NCBI RefSeq assembly: GCF_001457615.1
Contig: NZ_LN831024.1
Location: 6,000,001-6,032,000 of the forward strand
DNA from: Pseudomonas aeruginosa
GTDB lineage: Bacteria > Pseudomonadota > Gammaproteobacteria > Pseudomonadales > Pseudomonadaceae
Length of the DNA stretch: 32,000 nucleotides
Direction of reading: 5' to 3'
Made by a program: the position numbers and the translations under genes. How positions within the stretch are numbered: position 1 is the first letter of the stretch; each line of letters opens with the position of its first letter. The notes beneath the pieces were generated by a model. That model saw only the letters and a list, made by a program, of their open reading frames with translations, had not been told where the DNA came from and did no database searches. Of this stretch, positions 1 to 9,154 are shown piece after piece.

Positions 1-360
1 CAACTGGACCTCCGCGATTTGCGAGAAAGTGCCCTTGAAACGGCTGCTCGCCGGTATGCCATCCAGCAGCAGGCGCACCGAGAGGCCCGGCACGTTGGTA
101 TTCAGGTCCGGACCATCGATCGGGTCCCAGACACTTCCCTTGTTGTACAGAGCGACGCCGATGAGATCGCAGCTGGGCTTGCCGCACAGTTGCATGGGAG
201 TGAACGTGTAGCGCGACGTGACGTTTCCCTCGGGAAGGATCGAGGGGACGGCGATATCGCGGCCGCCGAAAGCGTACAGATTGGCAGCCATGCTGGTGCC
301 GGCGGGAACGAACAGGAATGCCGCGATCAGCAGGGTTCTACGGAACGTCTTGAACTCCAT
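1..360 (-). CDS. Partial secreted hypothetical protein, possibly fimbrial/adhesin-like (C-terminus outside the window)
   Basis: Reverse-strand frame from ATG at 360 is open to the window edge: MEFKTFRRTLLIAAFLFVPAGTSMAANLYAFGGRDIAVPSILPEGNVTSRYTFTPMQLCGKPSCDLIG... It has a typical signal peptide and a close Cys pair (CGKPSC). Confidence 0.6.
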   Translation of the reverse strand, partial: MEFKTFRRTLLIAAFLFVPAGTSMAANLYAFGGRDIAVPSILPEGNVTSRYTFTPMQLCGKPSCDLIGVALYNKGSVWDPIDGPDLNTNVPGLSVRLLLDGIPASSRFKGTFSQIAEVQL

Positions 361-735
361 GGGATGACAACCGATGTGTCCGGCATGTCCGGGAAAATCC
401 ACCGGAACCGGAGTGAACTTGATGGGTGGCTAATCTTTTCAGAACACCTGGAAAGGAGCCATAAGACAGGACCTACACGGCTCCGCGAATCCACCTAAGA
501 ATCGCTAGGAAAATTCTTAAGCAAGCTCTACAGCTCGCTCTCTGGCAACCCCGGACGCCGCTTGGAGCGCCTGGATGGCAAGCAGCTTCGGTTGACGATG
601 TGGAACGGTAGCGCTGCCACCGGAAAGGAAAAGGCCTTGGCCCGTCGCCAGCCGTGCCTGAACAGGCGAAAGATCGGCTCGCCAACCGGGATGCGGCGGG
701 GCGAGATGCCCGTCAAAGTGACCGGCGCCATAGCA

Positions 736-770
736 CAAGGCCCGCCATCCCTTGCGGGAGGCGGGCCTTG
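736..770 (-). terminator. Strong inverted repeat just downstream of sutA; possible terminator
   Basis: caaggcccgcc (736-746) pairs with ggcgggccttg (760-770), an 11-bp perfect stem, starting 14 nt past the sutA stop. It has no clear U tract. Confidence 0.5.
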
Positions 771-783
771 GGATGGCGCGAAA

Positions 784-1099
784 TCAGATGGGGCGGCTGC
801 CGTACTTGCTGTCCGGCTTCTTCGGCGGATCGGCCACCACGTTGGGTTCGATCTCCTGCACCTTTCCACCGCGGGAAAGGAACTCCTCCATCGCCTTGGC
901 GAGGGCGTCACGCTCTTTCTGCTTGGCTTCGACCGAGGGCAGCTCCTCTTCCACCACGGCGGCTTTCGCCTTCTTCCCGGGGCGGGGCCTCGTCGCCGTC
1001 GCCGCTGTCCGCTTCGCCGTCGTCGGCCGCGGCCAGCTCTTCGCCGTCGTCCTCGTCAGCGCCGTCCAGCTCGTCCTGTTCCAGTTCTTCTTCGCTCAT
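784..1099 (-). pseudogene. sutA: SutA-family acidic RNA-polymerase-binding protein gene, frame disrupted in this sequence
   Basis: ATG at 1099 gives MSEEELEQDELDGADEDDGEELAAADDGEADSGDGDEAP. A different frame continues KKAKAAVVEEELPSVEAKQKERDALAKAMEEFLSRGGKVQEIEPNVVADPPKKPDSKYGSRPI* and ends at 784. The span is 316 nt, not a multiple of 3. The shift lies in the GC run near 976-988. Confidence 0.85.
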
Positions 1100-1176
1100 G
1101 GTCAACCTCTCGGTGCTGCAAAAGCAGGTTAGTTATAGCCCAGCCGCGCGTTTTGATGAGCGCCGCCGGAAAAAAT

Positions 1177-1602
1177 TCATACTGACTCGCCCTGCCAGGT
1201 GGCGAGCACGCGCCGTGCCCCGCCCCTGTCCCGGTGTTCACCGAGATAGATCCCCTGCCAGGTGCCCAGTGCCAACCCTCCCGACTGTATCGGCAGGGTC
1301 AGTTGGCAGCCCAGCAGGCTGGCCTTGAAATGCGCCGGAAGGTCGTCCGGACCTTCGTCGTTGTGTTCATAGCCGACTTCGCCGCGTGGCGCCAGCCGCT
1401 CGAAAAAACGCTCGAAATCCCGGCGTACGGCAGGATCGGCATTTTCATTCAGGGTCAGTGAAGCCGACGTATGTTGCAAAAGCAGGTGCAGCAGGCCGAC
1501 CCGGCACCGCCGAAGCTCCGGCAAGGCGTCGAGTATCTCCTCGGTGACGAGGTGAAAGCCCCGCGGACGCGGGCGCAAGGTGATCAGGGTCTGCTGCCAC
1601 AT
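1177..1602 (-). CDS. YjbQ/UPF0047 family protein
   Basis: 141-aa ORF with family-typical segments [23 protein letters not shown] and [22 protein letters not shown]. Confidence 0.85.
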   Translation of the reverse strand: MWQQTLITLRPRPRGFHLVTEEILDALPELRRCRVGLLHLLLQHTSASLTLNENADPAVRRDFERFFERLAPRGEVGYEHNDEGPDDLPAHFKASLLGCQLTLPIQSGGLALGTWQGIYLGEHRDRGGARRVLATWQGESV

Positions 1603-1862
1603 GCTGCTGTTCCAAATCGGCTCCGATCCGTCGCGCCGCGCATTCTAGCGCGGCATTTGAAAAAGCAAAGAGCGTAAGAGGCAGACCTGTGAAAGCTGAT
1701 GGTGGCGCAGTCCGCTGGCAGTCACTGAAAGACCGGTTGCGGAAAGGTGGTGGCAGTCGCGGGAAGCGCCCAGGACTTTCGACGCACAAGGGCATGGCGT
1801 TCGGCGAAGGCGAGCGCGGGAGGCAAACCGACGCCCGGCGGAAAGCCGGGCGCCGGCAGGTA

Positions 1863-3191
1863 TTACAGGTTGTAGCCGCGCTCGTTGTGCAGCGCCAGGT
1901 CGAGGCCGACCGCTTCCTCTTCCTCGGTGACCCGCAGGCCCATGACCAGGTCCAGCACCTTGAGGATCACGAAGGTCACCACGGCGGTGTAGACCACGGT
2001 GAAGGCCACGCCCTTGAACTGCACGAAGAACTGCGCGCCGATGTCCTCCACGCTGCCGAAGCCGCCCAGCGACGGCGCCGCGAAGATCCCGGTGAGCAGC
2101 GCGCCGACGATACCGCCGACCGCATGTACGCCGAAGGCGTCGAGGGAATCGTCGTATTTCAGCGCGCGCTTGAGACTGGTGGCGGCGAAGAAACAGATCA
2201 CCCCGGAGGCCAGGCCGATCACCAGCGCGCCCATCGGACCGGCGGTGCCGGCGGCCGGGGTGATGGCCACCAGACCGGCGACCACGCCGGACGCGATGCC
2301 CAGGGCGCTCGGCTTGCCGTGGGTGATCCACTCGGCGAACATCCAGGCCAGGGCCGCGGCGGCGGTGGCGATCTGGGTCACCAGCATGGCCATCCCGGCG
2401 GTGCCGTTGGCGGCGGCGGCGGAACCGGCGTTGAAACCGAACCAGCCGATCCACAGCATGGCCGCCCCGACCAAGGTGTAGCCGAGGTTGTGCGGCGCCA
2501 TCGGCGTGGTCGGGTAGCCCTTGCGCTTGCCCAGCACCAGGCAGGCGACCAGACCGGCGATACCGGCGTTGATGTGCACCACGGTGCCGCCGGCGAAGTC
2601 CAGCACGCCCCAGTCCCACATCAGGGCGCCGTCACCGCTCCAGACCATGTGCGCGATCGGCGCGTAGACCACGGTGAACCAGACCGCCATGAAGATCAGC
2701 ATCGCCGAGAACTTCATGCGCTCGGCGAAGGCGCCGACGATCAGCGCCGGAGTGATGATCGCGAAGGTCATCTGGAAGGTGATGAACACGCTTTCCGGGA
2801 ACAGCGCGGTGGCGGAAGTCAGGCCGTCGGCGGTGAGACCGCTGAGGAAGGCCTTGTCCAGTCCGCCGACGAAGGAATTGAAGTTGAGGACGCCCTTCTC
2901 CATCCCGGCGGTATCGAACGCCAGGCTGTAGCCATAGACCACCCAGAGAATGGTGATCAGGCCGGTGATGGCGAAGCACTGCATCATGATCGACAGCACG
3001 TTCTTCGCTCGCACCATGCCGCCGTAGAACAGCGCCAGGCCGGGGATGGTCATGAGCAGGACGAGCGCAGTGGAGATCAGCATCCAGGCGGTGTCGCCGC
3101 TGTTCAGGACGGGCTCCTCGGCGGCCAGGGCGACGCCCGGCAAAGCGAGGGACAATAGGGCTCCTAGCCCTGCGATCTTACGCAGAGTCAT
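1863..3191 (-). CDS. amtB: Ammonium transporter AmtB
   Basis: 442-aa ORF with signal peptide and Amt signatures (DFAGGTVVHINAGIAGLVACLVLGKRKGY, FAVHAVGG-like DAFGVHAVGGIVGALLTG), located downstream of glnK. Confidence 0.96.
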   Translation of the reverse strand: MTLRKIAGLGALLSLALPGVALAAEEPVLNSGDTAWMLISTALVLLMTIPGLALFYGGMVRAKNVLSIMMQCFAITGLITILWVVYGYSLAFDTAGMEKGVLNFNSFVGGLDKAFLSGLTADGLTSATALFPESVFITFQMTFAIITPALIVGAFAERMKFSAMLIFMAVWFTVVYAPIAHMVWSGDGALMWDWGVLDFAGGTVVHINAGIAGLVACLVLGKRKGYPTTPMAPHNLGYTLVGAAMLWIGWFGFNAGSAAAANGTAGMAMLVTQIATAAAALAWMFAEWITHGKPSALGIASGVVAGLVAITPAAGTAGPMGALVIGLASGVICFFAATSLKRALKYDDSLDAFGVHAVGGIVGALLTGIFAAPSLGGFGSVEDIGAQFFVQFKGVAFTVVYTAVVTFVILKVLDLVMGLRVTEEEEAVGLDLALHNERGYNL

Positions 3192-3230
3192 GTTGGTATT
3201 CTCCTGGGGCTTTTGGGGGTTCGGTTGGGC

Positions 3231-3773
<543 letters not shown>

Positions 3774-3891
3774 TCAGTGCACGCCTCACCCCGGCCAAAG
3801 CAGAAAGCTTGCCAGCTCCGGCAAATCCGCCGGATTTCAAGCTCTTAGCCGCCAGCCCGGGGATAGTGCGGAACGCCGGGCTCCGGGCGGC

Positions 3892-3906
3892 GCACCAAAT
3901 AGGCGC
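3892..3906 (-). promoter_or_regulatory. Candidate NtrC-binding site upstream of glnK
   Basis: Reverse-strand GCGCCTATTTGGTGC is one mismatch from GCACCNNNNTGGTGC. Confidence 0.45.
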
Positions 3907-3923
3907 AGACGCGCTCCGACAGT

Positions 3924-3940
3924 TGCGCAAAAAGTGTGCA
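3924..3940 (-). promoter_or_regulatory. Second candidate NtrC-like dyad upstream of glnK
   Basis: Plus-strand tgcgcaaaaagtgtgca resembles the TGCACCA-N3-TGGTGCA dyad. Its centre is about 33 bp from the first site (about three helical turns). Confidence 0.35.
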
Positions 3941-4008
3941 ATGGCCCTCCCGCGAGCGCCGCCGACATCGTGCTAGACTGCCGCCCACTCGTTACCGGAA
4001 CCCTCGCC

Positions 4009-4269
4009 ATGCTGCCGCCCAAAGCCGTCTTCGAAGCCCTCAGCCAACAAGCCAGCCGCCTGTTCGCCGGCGAATCGCCGTTGCCCAAGGCCGAGCTGGA
4101 GTCGCAGTTCCGCGCCCTGATGCAGAGCGCCTTCAGCAAGCTCGACCTGGTCAGCCGCGAGGAGTTCGACAGCCAGATGCTGGTCCTCGCCCGCACTCGC
4201 GCACGGCTGGAAGCCCTGGAGGCCAAGGTGGCGGAACTCGAAAGCAAGCTGACGCCGCCCGCCGACTGA
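4009..4269 (+). CDS. ubiK: UbiK/YqiC (BMFP-domain) ubiquinone biosynthesis accessory factor
   Basis: 86 aa: MLPPKAVFEALSQQASRLF...LESQFRALMQSAFSKLDLVSREEFDSQMLVLARTRARLEALEAKVAELE. Small protein with C-terminal coiled coil. Confidence 0.85.
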   Translation: MLPPKAVFEALSQQASRLFAGESPLPKAELESQFRALMQSAFSKLDLVSREEFDSQMLVLARTRARLEALEAKVAELESKLTPPAD

Positions 4270-4309
4270 TCCTCCCCCCTGCGAGCGGCGTGAGATCAAG
4301 GAGCGATCC

Positions 4310-5803
4310 ATGTCCCTGGCGATTGTCCACAGCCGAGCCCAGGTCGGCGTCGAAGCCCCCTGCGTCAGCGTCGAGGCGCACCTGGCCAACGGCCTGCCTT
4401 CGCTGACCCTGGTCGGCCTGCCGGAAACCGCGGTGCGCGAGAGCAAGGACCGCGTGCGCAGCGCCCTGCTCAATGCCGGTTTCGACTTCCCCGCGCGGCG
4501 CATCACCCTCAACCTCGCCCCCGCCGACCTACCCAAGGACGGCGGTCGCTTCGACCTGGCCATCGCACTCGGCATCCTCGCCGCCAGCGGCCAGTTGCCC
4601 GGCACCGCCCTCGACGGCCTGGAGTGCCTCGGCGAACTGGCCCTGTCCGGGGCGATCCGGCCAGTGCGAGGCGTATTGCCGGCCGCGCTGGCGGCGCGCG
4701 ACGCAAGGCGCGTTCTGGTGGTACCGAAGGAAAATGCCGAAGAGGCCAGCCTGGCCAGCGGGCTGACGGTGTTCGCCGTGGACCACCTGCTGGAGATCGC
4801 CGGACACCTCTCCGGCCAGGCCCCGCTGCCGCCCTACCAGGCCCGCGGCCTGCTCCGCGCGCCCTTCCCTTATCCAGACCTGGCCGAGGTCCAGGGCCAG
4901 GCCGCCGCCAAGCGCGCCCTGCTGGTGGCCGCCGCCGGCGCGCACAACCTGTTGCTCAGCGGCCCGCCGGGCACCGGCAAGACCCTCCTGGCCAGCCGCC
5001 TGCCCGGCCTGCTGCCGGCGCTCGACGAGGACGAAGCCCTGGAGGTCGCGGCGATCCATTCGGTGGCCAGCCACGTCCCCCTCAGGCACTGGCCGCAGCG
5101 ACCGTTCCGCCAGCCGCACCACTCCGCCTCCGCGCCGGCCCTGGTCGGCGGCGGCAGCCGCCCGCAGCCGGGCGAGATCACCCTGGCGCACCAGGGCGTG
5201 CTGTTCCTCGACGAACTGCCGGAGTTCGAGCGCAAGGTCCTGGAGGTCCTGCGCGAACCGCTGGAAAGCGGCGAGATCGTCATTGCCCGGGCCAACGGCC
5301 GGGTACGTTTCCCGGCGCGCTTCCAACTGGTGGCGGCGATGAATCCCTGTCCCTGTGGCTACCTCGGCGATCCCAGTGGCCGCTGCCGCTGCACCCCGGA
5401 ACAGGTCCAGCGCTACCGGGGCAAGCTGTCCGGACCGCTGCTCGATCGCATCGACCTGCACGTCAGCGTGCTCCGCGAAAGCACCAGCCTGCAGCCAGGA
5501 CACGGCGAAACCGCTACCGCCGAGGTCAGCGAACGGGTGGGCGCCGCACGGCAACGGCAACTGGCCCGCCAGGGCTGCGCCAATGCCCATCTCGATCTCC
5601 AGGCGATGCACCGCAATTGTGCACTCGCCGAAGCGGACCGCCGCTGGCTGGAGGCTGCCGGAGAGCGCCTGGAACTTTCCTTGCGCGCCTTGCATCGCAT
5701 ACTCAAGGTGGCCCGGACGCTGGCCGACCTGGAGCGCATCGATGCCATCGAACGCCGGCACCTGGCGGAAGCCCTGCAGTATCGGGCAATGACCTCCACG
5801 TGA
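4310..5803 (+). CDS. comM: ComM/YifB family Mg-chelatase-like AAA+ ATPase
   Basis: 497-aa ORF with MSLAIVHSRAQVGVEAP, Walker A GPPGTGKTLLASRLPGLLP, FRQPHHSASAPALVGGG and MNPCPCGYLGDP. Uninterrupted. Confidence 0.95.
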   Translation: MSLAIVHSRAQVGVEAPCVSVEAHLANGLPSLTLVGLPETAVRESKDRVRSALLNAGFDFPARRITLNLAPADLPKDGGRFDLAIALGILAASGQLPGTALDGLECLGELALSGAIRPVRGVLPAALAARDARRVLVVPKENAEEASLASGLTVFAVDHLLEIAGHLSGQAPLPPYQARGLLRAPFPYPDLAEVQGQAAAKRALLVAAAGAHNLLLSGPPGTGKTLLASRLPGLLPALDEDEALEVAAIHSVASHVPLRHWPQRPFRQPHHSASAPALVGGGSRPQPGEITLAHQGVLFLDELPEFERKVLEVLREPLESGEIVIARANGRVRFPARFQLVAAMNPCPCGYLGDPSGRCRCTPEQVQRYRGKLSGPLLDRIDLHVSVLRESTSLQPGHGETATAEVSERVGAARQRQLARQGCANAHLDLQAMHRNCALAEADRRWLEAAGERLELSLRALHRILKVARTLADLERIDAIERRHLAEALQYRAMTST

Positions 5804-5927
5804 AGCGTAATAATTCAGCAAAGCTATCGATTAAGGCTTTTCGAATCAAATTAGCTATCACGATGTGTTAGGCTGTTTCGTCTTCCGCCTTCGGCGGGCA
5901 ATCCGATCACAAGGAGAGCTAGCTTAC

Positions 5928-7913
5928 ATGGAGACACCCACTACCCCCCGGAGCACCCTGAATCCTCCGGTCTTCTATACCTCCGCCGCCCTGATCCTGG
6001 CCCTGGTGCTGTTTACCGTGCTCCTCCAGGAAGAAGCGCAATCGCTGTTCAACCACGTCCAGCAATGGATCATCACCAACGCCAGCTGGTTCTACGTACT
6101 GGCCGTGGCGCTGATCCTGATCAGCGTGGTGTTCCTCGCCGTCAGCCGCTACGGCGACATCAAGCTCGGCCCCGACCACAGTCGTCCCGACTACCGCAAC
6201 ACCACCTGGTTCGCCATGCTGTTCTCCGCCGGCATGGGCATCGGCCTGATGTTCTTCGGCGTTGCCGAACCGGTGATGCACTTCACCACCCCGCCGGTGG
6301 GCGAGCCGAACACCGTGCAGGCGGCGAAGGAAGCGATGAAGCTGACCTTCTTCCACTGGGGCCTGCATGCCTGGGCGATCTACGCCATCGTCGCGCTGAT
6401 CCTGGCCTTCTTCAGCTATCGCCACGGCCTGCCGCTGACCCTGCGCTCGGCGCTGTATCCGCTGATCGGCGAACGTATCTACGGCCCCATCGGCCACGCG
6501 GTGGATATCTTCGCGATCATCGGCACCGTGTTCGGCGTGGCGACTTCGCTCGGCTACGGCGTGCTGCAGATCAACAGCGGCCTGCACCACCTGTTCGGCT
6601 GGCCGGTGAACCAGACCGTGCAGATCGCCCTGATCGCCGCCACCTGCGGCCTCGCCACGCTATCGGTGGCCAGCGGACTGGACCGCGGCATCCGCATCCT
6701 GTCCGAACTGAACCTGAGCCTGGCGGTGATCCTGCTGCTCTTCGTGCTGGTCCTCGGGCCGACCGTGTTTCTCCTGCAGACCTACGTGCAGAACACCGGG
6801 GCCTACCTGTCCGACATCGTCAACAAGACCTTCAACCTGTACGCCTACGAGCCCACCGACTGGATCGGCGGCTGGACCCTGCTGTACTGGGGCTGGTGGC
6901 TGTCCTGGTCGCCCTTCGTCGGCCTGTTCATCGCCCGTATCTCGCGCGGCCGCACCATCCGCGAATTCGTCTGCGGCGTGCTGTTCGTCCCGGCCGGCTT
7001 CACCCTGCTGTGGATGACGGTGTTCGGCGATACCGCCATCCACATGGTCCTGCAGGAGGGCTTCACCCAGTTGGCCGAAGTGGTCAACCAGGACAGTTCG
7101 GTGGCGCTGTTCGCCTTCCTCGAGCACTTCCCGCTGGGCAGCGTGATCTCGCTGGTAGCGGTGCTGATGGTGGTGGTGTTCTTCGTCACCTCGGCCGACT
7201 CCGGCGCGCTGGTGGTGGACATGCTGGCCTCCAGCGGCAAGGACCACTCGCCGCTCTGGCAGCGGATATTCTGGTCGGTGCTGATGGGCGTGGTGGCCAT
7301 CGCCCTGCTCCTCGCCGATGGCCTCAAGGCGCTGCAAACCGCGACCATCGCCAGCGCGCTGCCATTCTCCATCGTGCTCCTGGCGTCGATCTGGGGCCTG
7401 TTCAAGGCGCTGCACCTGGATGCCACCAAGCGCGGCATCCGCTACCAGGCGCTGACCTTCTCCCGCCCCACCACGCGCAGCGGCGCAAGCGAGGGCGACG
7501 GTTGGCAGCGCCGCCTGCGCAACATCGCCATGTTCCCAAGGCGCAGCCACGTCAACCGCTTCATCACCGATGTGGCGCGACCGGCCTGCGAGGACGTCGC
7601 CGCCGAACTGCGCAAGCAGGGCTACGAAGTCCAGGTGCAGGACGGCGAGGACGGCCGGGTTCGGCTGGAAGTCAGCCACGGCGGCGAGGTCGATTTCATC
7701 TACGAGGTGCGTCCGCGCGCCTTCACCACGCCGAGCTTCGTGATGCGCGACACCGAGGACAGCAGCGAGTCGCGCAAGTATTTCCGCGCCGAGGTCCATC
7801 TCCAGGAAGGCGGCCAGGACTACGACATCATGGGCTGGAGCCGCGACGGCGTGATCGGCGACATCCTCGACCAGTACGAGCGGCACATGCACTTCCTGCA
7901 CGTGGTGCGCTGA
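5928..7913 (+). CDS. betT: BCCT family choline/betaine transporter (BetT type)
   Basis: 661 aa from METPTTPRSTLNPPVFYTSA. BCCT core (GMGIGLMFFGVAEP, WGLHAWAIYAIVALILAFFSYRHGLP, TLLYWGWWLSWSPFVGLFIARISRGRTIREF) followed by a long cytoplasmic C-terminal domain. Confidence 0.9.
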   Translation: METPTTPRSTLNPPVFYTSAALILALVLFTVLLQEEAQSLFNHVQQWIITNASWFYVLAVALILISVVFLAVSRYGDIKLGPDHSRPDYRNTTWFAMLFSAGMGIGLMFFGVAEPVMHFTTPPVGEPNTVQAAKEAMKLTFFHWGLHAWAIYAIVALILAFFSYRHGLPLTLRSALYPLIGERIYGPIGHAVDIFAIIGTVFGVATSLGYGVLQINSGLHHLFGWPVNQTVQIALIAATCGLATLSVASGLDRGIRILSELNLSLAVILLLFVLVLGPTVFLLQTYVQNTGAYLSDIVNKTFNLYAYEPTDWIGGWTLLYWGWWLSWSPFVGLFIARISRGRTIREFVCGVLFVPAGFTLLWMTVFGDTAIHMVLQEGFTQLAEVVNQDSSVALFAFLEHFPLGSVISLVAVLMVVVFFVTSADSGALVVDMLASSGKDHSPLWQRIFWSVLMGVVAIALLLADGLKALQTATIASALPFSIVLLASIWGLFKALHLDATKRGIRYQALTFSRPTTRSGASEGDGWQRRLRNIAMFPRRSHVNRFITDVARPACEDVAAELRKQGYEVQVQDGEDGRVRLEVSHGGEVDFIYEVRPRAFTTPSFVMRDTEDSSESRKYFRAEVHLQEGGQDYDIMGWSRDGVIGDILDQYERHMHFLHVVR

Positions 7914-7921
7914 GGGATGCG

Positions 7922-7943
7922 GGGGCCGGCCAATGCCGGCCCC
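7922..7943. terminator. Intergenic hairpin between convergent betT-like gene and pchP
   Basis: ggggccggc-caat-gccggcccc forms a 9-bp perfect stem with a 4-nt loop between convergent genes. Confidence 0.6.
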
Positions 7944-7955
7944 TCGCCGTTTCGC

Positions 7956-9004
7956 CTACTGGATCTGCTCCGGAGTGACGATCACCCAGTTCCTGTCCGC
8001 CGTCACCGGCAGGCCGGCCTTGGCCTGTGCGGCGGAATGCTGCTTGATCATGCCGTTGATCTGCTCCATGTACTTGGCCTTGCGGTTGACCCACAGGTGC
8101 ACGCCGTTTTCCGCGGTGCCGTTGAACAGCATGTAACCGTCGCTGTCCGGGGTATCGCCGGCGACCAGGATCGGCCGCTTCCAGCGGTCGATGTAGGTGA
8201 GGATCGCAGCCTGCTTGCCGGCCATCCAGGTCGCCGGGGTCCACAGGTAGGGGGTCACCTCCAGGTCGAGGTTGACCTTGGGATCGTACTTGCCCTCGGC
8301 GATCTGCTTGCGCGCAGTGGTCAGCTCGCCGGTCTTGCGGTTCTTCAGCAGGGTGGTGACGCCGATGACGTTCTCCGGCTTGGCGTTGTAGCCATACCTG
8401 GGGTCCGCCGCGACCATCCGCACCAGTTCCTCATGGGCCGCGCTGATCACGTAGACCTCGATGCCGTTTTCCATCAGCTTGTTGTAAAGCTCGCGCTGGC
8501 CGCTGAACACGCGCGGCGGCTCGACGTCGAGCGTGGCGAGCTTGTCGCCGTCGTAATAGGTGGCGGGGATCGGCTTGCCGTAGGCCATCAGTTCGTCGAC
8601 ATAGCCCTTCAGTTCCCTGAGGGTGAAGCCTGAGAACACCTGGGCGACCCAGGGATAGCAGACCATGTCGTCGATCTCGCAAAGCCGGTAGTAGTAGCTG
8701 AACAGGCTCTCCTTGTGCCCGGCCTGGTCCTTGAACGGGATCAGTTTCAGCGAAGGGTCGAGCCTGTCGCGGGTCAGCACGCCCTTCATTTCCAGATAGG
8801 GCAGCAGCGATTCTTCCAGGTCGTAGCGATAGCTGGTGTTGTCCATGTCGAACACGGCATAGGCGCCCTTGTTCGCGTTGGCCTCGATCAGTGCATTCAG
8901 TTGCCTGGCGGCGGGGCCGGCCAGTGCTCGAGTTCGGTGGCGCTGGCCTGGCCGACTGCGGCGGCGAGCGCCAGCGCGGCGAGTATTCCTTTGGCGAAGG
9001 TCAT
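7956..9004 (-). pseudogene. pchP: Phosphorylcholine phosphatase (HAD superfamily), apparent 1-nt frameshift near the N-terminus
   Basis: ATG at 9004 gives a signal peptide, MTFAKGILAALALAAAVGQASATELEHWPAP, then frames out to a TGA. A second frame carries QLNALIEANANKGAYAVFDMDNTSYRYDLEESLLPYLEMKG... to the stop at 7956. The total of 1049 nt is one short of a multiple of 3. The break is near 8909-8916 (ggcggcgggg). Confidence 0.85.
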
Positions 9005-9154
9005 GGCGGGTTCCTTTGGGCGGTTGGAAGGAAGCTCCGTCCCCTGCCGCTCCCGACAGGCAACGACCAACGACCCTAGCGCAAACCCTGCGCCCGGCCC
9101 AGCGACGGCAGCGACCTGTAACGTCGCGTCAGCGCCAGGAGTTGTCCGGCGGCG

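Noticed and set aside
562-1185. 207-aa plus-strand ORF across sutA
   Set aside because: Low-complexity Arg/Pro/Leu-rich translation (RRRRRCPLRRRRPRPALRRR) antisense to sutA; a typical high-GC shadow ORF.
1689-3158. 489-aa plus-strand ORF antisense to amtB
   Set aside because: Composition (His/Gln/Asp/Gly-rich, no motif) mirrors the amtB coding strand; no family signature.
4310-5803. Possible integration of a genomic island in comM (a known hotspot in some Gammaproteobacteria)
   Set aside because: The comM-like ORF is continuous and all motifs are intact, so there is no insertion here.
4529-5821. 430-aa minus-strand ORF antisense to comM
   Set aside because: Shadow ORF of a well-supported conserved gene.
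5883-5899. Small hairpin ccgcc-ttc-ggcgg as a possible REP element
   Set aside because: Only a 5-bp stem and I found no second clear copy in the window, so REP assignment is unsupported.
6065-7978. 637-aa plus-strand ORF overlapping the BetT-like gene in another frame
   Set aside because: Arg/Pro/Gly-rich frame shadow; the overlapping frame encodes the clear BCCT transporter.
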